Part shown: positions 8,763 through 18,935 of the stretch, piece by piece
How the letters are laid out: each line of letters opens with the position of its first letter
Numbering within the stretch: the first letter of the stretch is position 1
NCBI GenBank assembly: GCA_025055465.1
Contig: JANWXA010000001.1
Location: 1-44,878 of the forward strand
Source: Candidatus Kapaibacterium sp.
GTDB taxonomy: Bacteria > Bacteroidota > Ignavibacteria > Kapaibacteriales > HRBIN21
Reading direction: 5' to 3'
DNA length: 44,878 nt
The notes under the pieces: model-generated
Told to the model about the DNA's origin: nothing
The model's database searches: none
The model's input: the letters and a program-made list of their open reading frames with translations, nothing else
Made by a program: the position numbers and the translations under genes

Positions 8763-9689
8763 GTGCCACTTGGGCTCGCCTGGGAAGAGCTCCGTAGCCT
8801 CTGCCAGCTTGACGGTGGAGCGTTTAGGATCAACACCCTAAAACAAGCCTCACGGTTTTGCCTGCGATGGGCACGGCGTCATTACGAAAACTTCCTCGTC
8901 GCTTCCGCTCTGTTGCCTGCGGGAACACGTTCCCACGTTGCTCACCTGTACGCTTTTGCAAGGCTTGCCGACGATATCGCCGACCACCCCACAGCTTCTC
9001 CCCACGAAAAGCTGACCCTACTGGCAACCCTTGAGGACAATTTTCTCAGAACCCTCCACAGTTCCTCAGACTCCGGGAACCCCGTTCTCACTGCTTTCAG
9101 TCACACAATTCGTACCACGGGGCTTCCGCTGACTCTCCTGTCACGGCTGCTCACCGCTTTCCGCTACGATGCCTGCTTCCAACCATTTGAGACATGGCAC
9201 CACCTGAAATGGTACTGCCAACACTCGGCCAACCCAATTGGTGAGGCTCTCCTGTTTCTACACAACGCCTGCCACCCGTTGGCACTCTGTGCTTCCAATG
9301 CACTCTGCACGGCCCTACAGGTGCTGAATTTCTGGCAGGACCTATCCCTGGATCTTCCTCTCCAGCGCCTCTATCTCCCACTGGAGCTCCTCCGGCGCCA
9401 CCACATCCTGGATGCCTCCGTATTGTGGCGGAATTCTGCTAAATTGCAAGCGTGTATAGAAGAAGTAGATGACTTTGTCCTTCAGCATCTCCGGCACGCC
9501 GAGGCATTGTGCAAGTATGCACACCATCCCCGGCTGCGCTGGCAAGCTCTGATAACGCTGGCGGCCGCGTACCAACTGCGCAAACGGCTGCAGGAGTATG
9601 GCGAGCGCATCCTCCAACATCGTCCAAAACTGGGCCTAAGTGATGGGGTTGCTATCCTTCTACGGAGCTGGAGGTACCGAAGCTCATGA
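8763..9689 (+). CDS. hpnC: Squalene/phytoene synthase family protein, HpnC-like (hydroxysqualene synthase)
   Basis: 308-aa ORF with a GTG start. It has a YENFLVAS motif near the N-terminus (HpnC-type YENFPVAS) and the Asp-rich motif FARLADDIADH. It is the first of two tandem paralogues, as in hpnCD loci. Confidence 0.75.
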   Translation: MPLGLAWEELRSLCQLDGGAFRINTLKQASRFCLRWARRHYENFLVASALLPAGTRSHVAHLYAFARLADDIADHPTASPHEKLTLLATLEDNFLRTLHSSSDSGNPVLTAFSHTIRTTGLPLTLLSRLLTAFRYDACFQPFETWHHLKWYCQHSANPIGEALLFLHNACHPLALCASNALCTALQVLNFWQDLSLDLPLQRLYLPLELLRRHHILDASVLWRNSAKLQACIEEVDDFVLQHLRHAEALCKYAHHPRLRWQALITLAAAYQLRKRLQEYGERILQHRPKLGLSDGVAILLRSWRYRSS

Positions 9690-10563
9690 ACTCCCGCCGG
9701 GCTTTTCATCGGTGGTCCCTCAACAGAGCAACTTCTACTACTCCTTCCTGTTGCTCCCTCGCCCACAGCGGATGGCACTTCAGACCATCTATCGCTTTGC
9801 CAGCTCCGTGGACAGTCTGGTAGATACCTCTCCGCACGATACCGAGGAACGCTTGTTTTCCAAGCACCAGTGGCTATCATGGTGGCGCCAACAGGTGGAA
9901 CAGATCTATTCCGGAAGCCCCTTCCACCCTGCGCTCTTCCCCTTAGCGCACGTTATCAGAAGCTTCCAACTGCCAAAACAATACTTCCTGCTGTTGCTGG
10001 ACGGCTGTGAACGCGACCTTATCCAGCGGCGCTACCGTACTTTTGACGAGCTTAAAGACTACTGCTACTGTGTGGCTGGCAGTATCGGGCTCATCTGCAT
10101 TGAAATCTTCGGCTACAAACACCCCCAGGCCCGCCAGTATGCCATCTACCTGGGATATGCCCTCCAACTAACCAACATCTTGCGTGATGTCAAGTTCGAC
10201 AAGGACCGCGGCTATATCTACCTACCGCAAGAAGACATGGAGCGCTTCGGTTATACGGAAGCCGACCTCATGGCGGAGCGCTACGATGAACGGTTTGTAG
10301 AGCTAATGCGCTTTGAAGCCCAGCGAGCGCGCGGCCTATACCACACCGCACGCATGTACCTCCACCCTGACGATCGCGCCACCCTCTTTGCCGCCGAAGC
10401 AATGGACCTGATCTATTTCCGCCTACTGGAAAAGATGGAGCTGGGCGACTTCAGGGTCTTCCAGCGTCGCTACCGAGTCTCGCTTCCCCACAAGCTCTGG
10501 ATCGCCCTCAAGACCTGGCTCTCCAGCTACCTCCTCATCCGCCGTCTTCGGAACCTCCTATAA
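9640..10563 (+). CDS. hpnD: Squalene/phytoene synthase family protein, HpnD-like (presqualene diphosphate synthase)
   Basis: 307-aa ORF (GTG 9640 / ATG 9643) overlapping hpnC by ~47 nt. Motifs: SNFYYSFLLLP, a DxxxD motif (VDSLVD), YCYCVAGSIGL, and LTNILRDVKFDKDRGYIYLPQED, typical of the family. Confidence 0.75.
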   Translation: MMGLLSFYGAGGTEAHELPPGFSSVVPQQSNFYYSFLLLPRPQRMALQTIYRFASSVDSLVDTSPHDTEERLFSKHQWLSWWRQQVEQIYSGSPFHPALFPLAHVIRSFQLPKQYFLLLLDGCERDLIQRRYRTFDELKDYCYCVAGSIGLICIEIFGYKHPQARQYAIYLGYALQLTNILRDVKFDKDRGYIYLPQEDMERFGYTEADLMAERYDERFVELMRFEAQRARGLYHTARMYLHPDDRATLFAAEAMDLIYFRLLEKMELGDFRVFQRRYRVSLPHKLWIALKTWLSSYLLIRRLRNLL

Positions 10564-10621
10564 GCAACGTTCTGGAGACTTCCACGATGGTGGTTTGGTT
10601 GACAGCGCCCCCTCCTCAGTA

Positions 10622-13375
10622 ATGGAACGACGGCTCTACCTTGTGGACGGCATGTCCCTACTTTTTCGGGCATACCATGCCCTTATGCGCACGGGGCTCC
10701 ATGCACCGAATGGCGAGCCTACGTTTGCTACTTTTGGTTTCACCAACATGCTCCTGGCACTGCTCCGCACGGAACAGCCAGAGCTCCTTGCCGTCGTCTT
10801 CGACAGTCCAACTCCCACCTTCCGCCATGAGCAGTATGCTGAGTACAAAGCAACGCGGCAAGCTCCGCCCGAGGATTTGGCCCCCCAACTGGAACACGTA
10901 AAGCAGCTCCTGGACGCCCTTGGCATCCCACGCCTCGAGTACCCCGGATACGAAGCCGATGACCTCATCGCAACACTTGCATCCCAAGCAGCCGCCGCGG
11001 GCTACACGGTGTTCTGCGTGACCTCCGATAAAGATTTCTTTCAGCTCCTCTCTGACCGTATCTACGTGCTACGCCCCGCAACGCGAGAGGGGACAGAGTA
11101 TGATCTCTGGGACACACGACGACTCCTCACAGACTGGGGACTTCGTCCTGACCAGGTCATTGACTTCTTCGCCCTGGTTGGTGACCCCGTAGACAATGTC
11201 CCCGGTGTCCGTGGAGTCGGAGAGAAAACGGCCCTGCAGCTCTTACAACAGTTTGGTTCCCTGGAAGCCCTTTACACCCACCTGGACACTGTTGACAAAC
11301 CCTCCCTGCGACAACGACTGTACAACGGTGCCCAGTCTGCTCTTTTATCCCGTCACTTGGTGCAGCTTCGCACGGATGCACCTGTGCAGTTCGCTGCTGA
11401 AGACTTCTGCCGACATCCCCCCAACGCTGCTACCCTCAATCAGCTTTTGGACCACCTTGCGATGAAGAGCCTTCGGGAGCGCTTAGCCGCTCTGGTCCCG
11501 GAACTCCATCAAGAGCTTGCTTCTCAACCCACGTCCACCCCCTCCTCTTCCACTGTACGCCTCATTTCCGTCACTTCCGAGACTGCCTTCAGGCAGATGC
11601 TCGCTCACCTGCGCGACGCCGAGTGGATATGCATAGAGGGCGAAACCACAGGCTCTCACGTTAACGCCACGCTTGCTGCCCTTATCCTCTGCCCCACGCC
11701 TGAGACAGTTTACTACGTTCCGCTCTCCTCAGTCTCTCCCCATCCACACGAGGAGCAGCATGACCAGCCAACCCTCTTTGAAGGTTCCGCTTCTCCTTCC
11801 ACACGCCCCAGTACAACACAGCTTCTGCCACGGCTGGTGGAAACGCTGCAGACCAGCCCAGCACGCATGGGTGGGCACGACATCAAACGCCTTCTGCTTG
11901 CTCTGAGACACTACACTCCAGAACCTCTCCCGACCATTTTCGACACAATGATCGCCAGCTACGTGCTCAACCCCGACGACCAGCACGCTCTGGAACCCCT
12001 TTTACGAAGGTGGCTCCCACAGACTCCCAGCATTCGCTTCGAAACGAACGGGGAGCTCTCAGCCGCAGCCTCTGCTCTGTGCCAGAGTGCCATACAAACA
12101 CTCCGCCTCTGCTCAGCCTTGGAAGCCGAGCTGTGCCGTCACGAAATGCTTCGCCTTGCCGAAGAGATTGAATTCCCGTTGGTAGAAGTCCTGGCTCAGA
12201 TGGAGTGGAACGGTGTGGCTGTAGACCCCGTGACCCTACGAGAGCTGGGCATCCAGTACCGCCACGAGCAGGAACAGCTCCGCCAGCGCATCTATGCCGA
12301 GGCCGGCGTGGAGTTCAATATAGACTCGCCTAAACAACTGGCCGAAGTCCTTTTTGAGAAGCTTCACTTGCCCCCACTGAAAAAGACCAAAACCGGGTAC
12401 AGCACAGACGTCTCCGTGCTCTCAGAATTGGCACTGAGCTATCCCATCGCTGCTCTAATCTTAGAGTACCGCCAACTGGGGAAGCTGCTCTCCACCTATA
12501 TTGAGACACTGCCTCAGCTCATCAATCCCCGGACAGGACGGATCCACACCACTTATAACCAGACCGCCACCAGTACTGGGCGCCTCTCCTCCAGCAACCC
12601 CAATCTGCAGAACATCCCCGTCCGCGGCGAGCGCGGCCGGGAAATCCGAAAGGCCTTCATTGCGCAGCGACCAGGTTACGCCCTGCTTTCGGCCGACTAC
12701 TCCCAGATTGAACTGCGCATCATGGCGTACATGAGCGGCGATAAGGGGCTGATTGCCGCCTTCAAGGCTGGGCACGATATTCACGCTGCTACTGCCGCCG
12801 GCCTCTTCGGAGTGCCTCTGGAGCACGTAACCCCCGAGATGCGCCGAGCTGCGAAAGTGGTCAACTTCGGCATTATGTACGGCCTCCAGCCCTTCGGCTT
12901 GGCCCAGCGCTTAGGGATTTCCAAGACCGAAGCCCACCGCATCATTGAGCAATACTTTGCCCGCTATCCCGGCATTCGCCGGTATATGGAGGAGACCATC
13001 GAGCGCGCCCGCCGCCTTGGCTATGTAGAGACCCTCTGCGGGCGTCGCCGGTATTTCCCAACCATCACGAGCCAGAACGCCACCGTTCGCGCCGCTGCAG
13101 AACGTGCAGCTATCAATGCTCCCATTCAGGGCTCCGCCGCTGACATGATGAAGCAAGCAATGCTTGCCCTCCACCGCCGCCTCCGTTCCGAACATCTCCA
13201 CGCAATGATGATACTCCAAGTCCACGACGAACTTCTCTTTGAAGCCCCTGAGAAAGAAATCCCCGTACTCCGCGAGCTTGTGCGCACGGAAATGCAAACC
13301 GCTCTCCCCCTCGGCGAGGTTCCTGTTGAAGTAGAGATTGGGATGGGGCACAACTGGGACGCAGCCCACGCGTGA
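10622..13375 (+). CDS. polA: DNA polymerase I
   Basis: The tracked ORF starts at TTG 10595; ATG 10622 gives MERRLYLVDGMSLLFRAYHA, the 5'-nuclease N-terminus. Polymerase motifs are A LLSADYSQIELRIMA, B RRAAKVVNFGIMYG and C ILQVHDELLFE. The central 3'-5' exonuclease-like domain has degenerate motifs. Confidence 0.97.
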   Translation: MERRLYLVDGMSLLFRAYHALMRTGLHAPNGEPTFATFGFTNMLLALLRTEQPELLAVVFDSPTPTFRHEQYAEYKATRQAPPEDLAPQLEHVKQLLDALGIPRLEYPGYEADDLIATLASQAAAAGYTVFCVTSDKDFFQLLSDRIYVLRPATREGTEYDLWDTRRLLTDWGLRPDQVIDFFALVGDPVDNVPGVRGVGEKTALQLLQQFGSLEALYTHLDTVDKPSLRQRLYNGAQSALLSRHLVQLRTDAPVQFAAEDFCRHPPNAATLNQLLDHLAMKSLRERLAALVPELHQELASQPTSTPSSSTVRLISVTSETAFRQMLAHLRDAEWICIEGETTGSHVNATLAALILCPTPETVYYVPLSSVSPHPHEEQHDQPTLFEGSASPSTRPSTTQLLPRLVETLQTSPARMGGHDIKRLLLALRHYTPEPLPTIFDTMIASYVLNPDDQHALEPLLRRWLPQTPSIRFETNGELSAAASALCQSAIQTLRLCSALEAELCRHEMLRLAEEIEFPLVEVLAQMEWNGVAVDPVTLRELGIQYRHEQEQLRQRIYAEAGVEFNIDSPKQLAEVLFEKLHLPPLKKTKTGYSTDVSVLSELALSYPIAALILEYRQLGKLLSTYIETLPQLINPRTGRIHTTYNQTATSTGRLSSSNPNLQNIPVRGERGREIRKAFIAQRPGYALLSADYSQIELRIMAYMSGDKGLIAAFKAGHDIHAATAAGLFGVPLEHVTPEMRRAAKVVNFGIMYGLQPFGLAQRLGISKTEAHRIIEQYFARYPGIRRYMEETIERARRLGYVETLCGRRRYFPTITSQNATVRAAAERAAINAPIQGSAADMMKQAMLALHRRLRSEHLHAMMILQVHDELLFEAPEKEIPVLRELVRTEMQTALPLGEVPVEVEIGMGHNWDAAHA

Positions 13376-13639
13376 GGCGTCACTCTGTCACGCAGCCCTT
13401 GTAGCCCGCAGAGCTATGCCCCCTACGGTCCTCTCACGATGCTGTCTGTGGCTGCTCACCACAGCAGTAGGACCGCTTGTTCCGCCATTCTACCGTTCGT
13501 TGCCTCCAGCTACCATCCGCAAAATGCCCCCTTGCACACCTCCTTCCCGCACCCCCAATTTTGCACCCGGGAAGTAAGACCCAAGCAGGGGTACTCCCCA
13601 AAGTGAATCCCCCACCTTTCCCCACCCTGATCGCACCGG

Positions 13640-13666
13640 TGCCCCCAACGGGGGGCATCGTTTTTT
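13640..13666 (+). terminator. Rho-independent terminator-like hairpin with T6 tail
   Basis: The stem T-GCCCCC (13640-13646) pairs with GGGGGC-A (13651-13657) around the loop AACG. After 3 nt comes TTTTTT (13661-13666). It lies about 265 nt downstream of the polA stop, with no convincing ORF in between. Confidence 0.7.
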
Positions 13667-13925
13667 AGAGAGCTTCACCTCCCGTAATTATCAAGTTCGG
13701 GATTTCCCCCATCCATTTACCAGCACGTCTCGCAGCCATCGGACCGACCGACAAAGCCCCCGCAGAACGCCTACCTAACTGCAGCCTACGACCCGCCCAA
13801 TTCGTCGAAGCTCATCTGGTGGTCAAAGTGCTACTCAATGACCTGATGCCACCCCGCAAAGAGAAGAAGGCGGTAGATGTGCAGGGCATATTCCGGGTCC
13901 ATGGTTCCTGAAGTATGAATTCTCC

Positions 13926-13958
13926 GCTTGTTCGTGGCTTGTTCGTGGCTTGTTCGTG
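13926..13958. repeat. Perfect 3 x 11-nt direct tandem repeat (GCTTGTTCGTG)
   Basis: GCTTGTTCGTG occurs at 13926-13936, 13937-13947 and 13948-13958 without mismatch, inside the non-coding polA-lrp gap. Confidence 0.95.
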
Positions 13959-14233
13959 CTCGCCGTGGGTCTTGCCGACCGGAGTGTTTGGGGAACTGAA
14001 TTTGAGGACGGCCATCCATGGAAAGAGGCATGCAGGGGGATGCTCCAATTAGCGAGGTATACTCAGGCTCTCCCTCGTCTTATTAGCTATCCTCTCGCTA
14101 AAAATTGTAGCAACTAAAAGCTGGTCGCATCCCGACAATAAAGGTGTGTGGAAGAGGAAACATCTGCCGAGGTTAGTTCCCAAACATTCCGTAAGTTTGC
14201 AGCCGGTTGCTGTTCTCTTTATGGGACTTTGTT

Positions 14234-14698
14234 GTGAAAAAGTTTCCAGAAGTGAAAGATGTTGACCGGCTTATTTGCTCTCTGCTGCAGCGCAATGCAC
14301 GCCTGACCCTCCAGGAACTGGCCCGGCAGGTCAAGCTCTCGGTGCCAACGGTACGCGAGCACGTGCGGAAATTAGAAGAGCAGGGCATCATCGAGGGCTA
14401 CTTCACCAAGCTCAATCCGAAAGCGTTCGGATACGATATTGCGGCGTTTGTCTTCGTGTTCGTGGAATCCAGTGTCCATTACCCAGAATTTCTTGCCCGT
14501 TGCAAACGGCGCCCGGAAATCCTGGAATGCCATGCCATTACTGGTGAGGCATCACATCTGCTGAAGGTGCGGACGCACGACACAGCCGCGCTGGAGCAAT
14601 TGCTATCAGACATCCAACGCTGGCCTGGTGTTCGCCGGACCCTGACCAGCTTGGTACTCTCCACCCACGTGGAGACCCTTGCCTTCCCGATACGGTAG
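14234..14698 (+). CDS. Lrp/AsnC family transcriptional regulator
   Basis: ORF 14207..14698 (TTG). GTG 14234 gives MKKFPEVKDVDRLICSLLQRNARLTLQELARQVKLSVPTVREHVRKLEEQGII, the winged HTH of AsnC/Lrp. This is followed by an RAM/AsnC_trans_reg-like C-terminal domain (ECHAITGEASHLLKVR). The start codon is uncertain. Confidence 0.88.
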   Translation: MKKFPEVKDVDRLICSLLQRNARLTLQELARQVKLSVPTVREHVRKLEEQGIIEGYFTKLNPKAFGYDIAAFVFVFVESSVHYPEFLARCKRRPEILECHAITGEASHLLKVRTHDTAALEQLLSDIQRWPGVRRTLTSLVLSTHVETLAFPIR

Positions 14699-14725
14699 GT
14701 ATGTTCCACATTCTGGGAGTACGCT

Positions 14726-16912
<2,187 letters not shown>

Positions 16913-16987
16913 ATGCTGAGGCCTCCCGCAGAAGCACGGAGGACGCGTCTCTGCCGTCAATAGGGGGAGAGCAAAGGAATACACCTA

Positions 16988-17635
16988 ATGCGGGTCGTCC
17001 AGATCCGCCGGCATGGACAACTGGAAGGGACAGTGCGTCTGGACGACGGTGCCGAGCTCCTTTGTCCTCTGTCGGTCCTCGCCGATTTCGGTCTCCGTAA
17101 GGGGCAGGAGCTTTCCCCCAACGTACTGGCGCAGCTCTGCCGAGAGAGTCTACGATGGCGTATCCGGCATGCAGCTCTGCGCTTCTTGGCACGGCGGGCG
17201 CACTCCCGCAGAGAACTCCACCACAAGCTTCTTCGCAAGTTCCCTGGTGAGTCCGAGCTTGTGGAACCTGTCCTGCAGGCCCTCACTCAGGAGGGTTATC
17301 TGGACGACGCTGCGTATGCTGAGGCGTTCATCCGCCAGCGGCTGGAGCGGAGTGCTGCTTCGCCGGCACGGCTCATCGCCGAGCTCCGCCAGCGAGGGGT
17401 TGATGGCGAACTTGCTGTATCCATCGTCCAGCGGTATCTCCCGGACTCTGCGCTCATAGAGCAGGCACGCCGGGCAGCAGCACGCAAGTTGCGCTCTCTG
17501 CACCGCAAGGCCCCAGAACAGCAGTGGCGGGCGCTCGCTGGCTACTTGGGACGACAGGGCTTCCCAGCAGCCGTCATCCGACGCGTCCTACAAGAGTCCT
17601 TCCCCGACACTACCGGAGCAGAGAATGCCGAGTAG
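16988..17635 (+). CDS. recX: Recombination regulator RecX
   Basis: 215-aa ORF with repeated three-helix units. ALRFLARRAHSRRELHHKLLRK, GYLDDAAYAEAFIRQRL and ALAGYLGRQGFPAAVIRRVL match the RecX repeat pattern. Confidence 0.82.
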   Translation: MRVVQIRRHGQLEGTVRLDDGAELLCPLSVLADFGLRKGQELSPNVLAQLCRESLRWRIRHAALRFLARRAHSRRELHHKLLRKFPGESELVEPVLQALTQEGYLDDAAYAEAFIRQRLERSAASPARLIAELRQRGVDGELAVSIVQRYLPDSALIEQARRAAARKLRSLHRKAPEQQWRALAGYLGRQGFPAAVIRRVLQESFPDTTGAENAE

Positions 17636-18935
17636 CGCTATCGTGGGACTCGTTCTCGGTCTGCTGGGGGGTCTGTGCCTCTGGGCCACGGAACAACCCC
17701 CACCGATCCACTGCAAGGTGCGCTTACCCGAACAGTTCAATACCCACCAGCCAACCATCCTGCCGTTGCTCTCTCCAGACGGCAGGCGACTGTACGTAGA
17801 CCGCAAGCACCATCCGGGTAACACTGGCGGGGTGCGCGATCCCGACGAAATCTGGTATGCCGAACGGCTCCCCAACGGCGGCTGGTCCGAGCTTCGTAAT
17901 GTCGGCCCGCCGCTCAATACACCCGGTAGCGACGTCCTCTGCGCCTTCAGCCCAGACGGGCAACAAGCGCTCGTCTTCGGCATCTACCGGCCCGATGGCA
18001 GCAAGCAGAGTGGCTTCTCCGTCAGCCGATGGACTGATTCCGGTTGGGGCTTTCCGCAGCCGTTGCGAATCCGCAACTTCTACAACCTCTCGCAGCACTA
18101 CTACGCCACCTGGTCACCGGACCGGCGCGTGCTCATCCTGAGTCTCCAGCGTCTGGATTCATACGGCGGGCTGGACCTATATGTCTCCCGCTACGACTCG
18201 CTCTCCAGTGAGTGGACGGAGCCGGAGAACATGGGGCCTGCGCTCAACACCAGCGGAATGGAGGGCTCGCCTTTCCTGGCTCCCGATGGGCGGACGCTCT
18301 ACTTCTTCTCCACCGGCCACCGCGGCTCCGGCGGCATGGATCTCTTCATGAGCCGACGTCTGGATGAGAGCTGGAAGCACTGGAGCACACCGGTCAACTT
18401 AGGCCCGGAAGTCAACACCCCTGCCGACGAGGCCAGCATTAGCTTAACCCCACGAGGGGACACAGCCTACATCGTCTCAGCAGACCCGCGGACACGCCAA
18501 CCGGGCATCTATGCCGTCTGCTTAGCCGAGAACCTTCGACCCCTCCCTGTAGCAGAGATCCCCCAGTCCCCACCAGCTCCGACGACAGCACTCCGGCTTT
18601 TCTTCGCCTTCAACCGCTGGGAGCTCTCGGTAGCAGCACAACAGCAGCTTGCCGACTTCATGCGGCAGATGGAGATGGACTCATTGGCTGCCGTCCTCGT
18701 AGAGGGGCACACCGACGACGTTGGCCCAGAGTCCTACAATGCATGGCTCTCCCGCAAGCGGGCGGAGACGGTCGCTCAAGAGCTCATCCGACTGGGGATT
18801 CCCTCCTCAGTGTTGCAGGTAGCCAGTTACGGGAGTTCCCGCCCTTTGGTTGCAGGGACAACGGCAGCAGCACGGCAGCAGAATCGCCGGGTGGAGATCA
18901 CGGTCCGCTACCGCTCTGGGGCTCCGCCCCAGTGA
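17625..18935 (+). CDS. OmpA-family protein with TolB-like PD40 beta-propeller repeats
   Basis: It has an N-terminal hydrophobic signal (IVGLVLGLLGGLCLWA). Repeated PD40-like units are present (GPPLNTPGSDVLCAFSPDG, GPALNTSGMEGSPFLAPDGRTLYFFS, GPEVNTPADEASISLTPRG). The C-terminal OmpA domain reads VEGHTDDVGPESYNAWLSRKRAETV ... NRRVEI. Confidence 0.88.
   Translation: MPSSAIVGLVLGLLGGLCLWATEQPPPIHCKVRLPEQFNTHQPTILPLLSPDGRRLYVDRKHHPGNTGGVRDPDEIWYAERLPNGGWSELRNVGPPLNTPGSDVLCAFSPDGQQALVFGIYRPDGSKQSGFSVSRWTDSGWGFPQPLRIRNFYNLSQHYYATWSPDRRVLILSLQRLDSYGGLDLYVSRYDSLSSEWTEPENMGPALNTSGMEGSPFLAPDGRTLYFFSTGHRGSGGMDLFMSRRLDESWKHWSTPVNLGPEVNTPADEASISLTPRGDTAYIVSADPRTRQPGIYAVCLAENLRPLPVAEIPQSPPAPTTALRLFFAFNRWELSVAAQQQLADFMRQMEMDSLAAVLVEGHTDDVGPESYNAWLSRKRAETVAQELIRLGIPSSVLQVASYGSSRPLVAGTTAAARQQNRRVEITVRYRSGAPPQ

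Noticed and set aside
13537-13545. CACCTCCTT identical to the 3' end core of 16S rRNA
   Set aside because: No other rRNA sequence surrounds it, so it is not an rRNA gene. I kept it only as a possible SD-mimicking segment of a putative RNA.
13477-13668. 63-codon ORF ending exactly at the orphan terminator
   Set aside because: It is Pro-rich low complexity with no SD in front of its ATG, and it overlaps three other similar-sized ORFs in other frames and strands. A micro-protein cannot be excluded without ribosome profiling.
13695-13707. GTTCGGGATTTCC resembling a tRNA/tmRNA T-arm
   Set aside because: The T-loop would read TTCGGGA, with G at the invariant A58 position. There is no matching acceptor stem, no CCA context, and no tmRNA-like 5' GGGG...UUCGACG partner or tag ORF nearby.
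13926-13958. Possible CRISPR-like array
   Set aside because: The 11-nt units are directly adjacent with no spacers, and there are only three of them. No cas genes are in the window. It is a simple tandem repeat.
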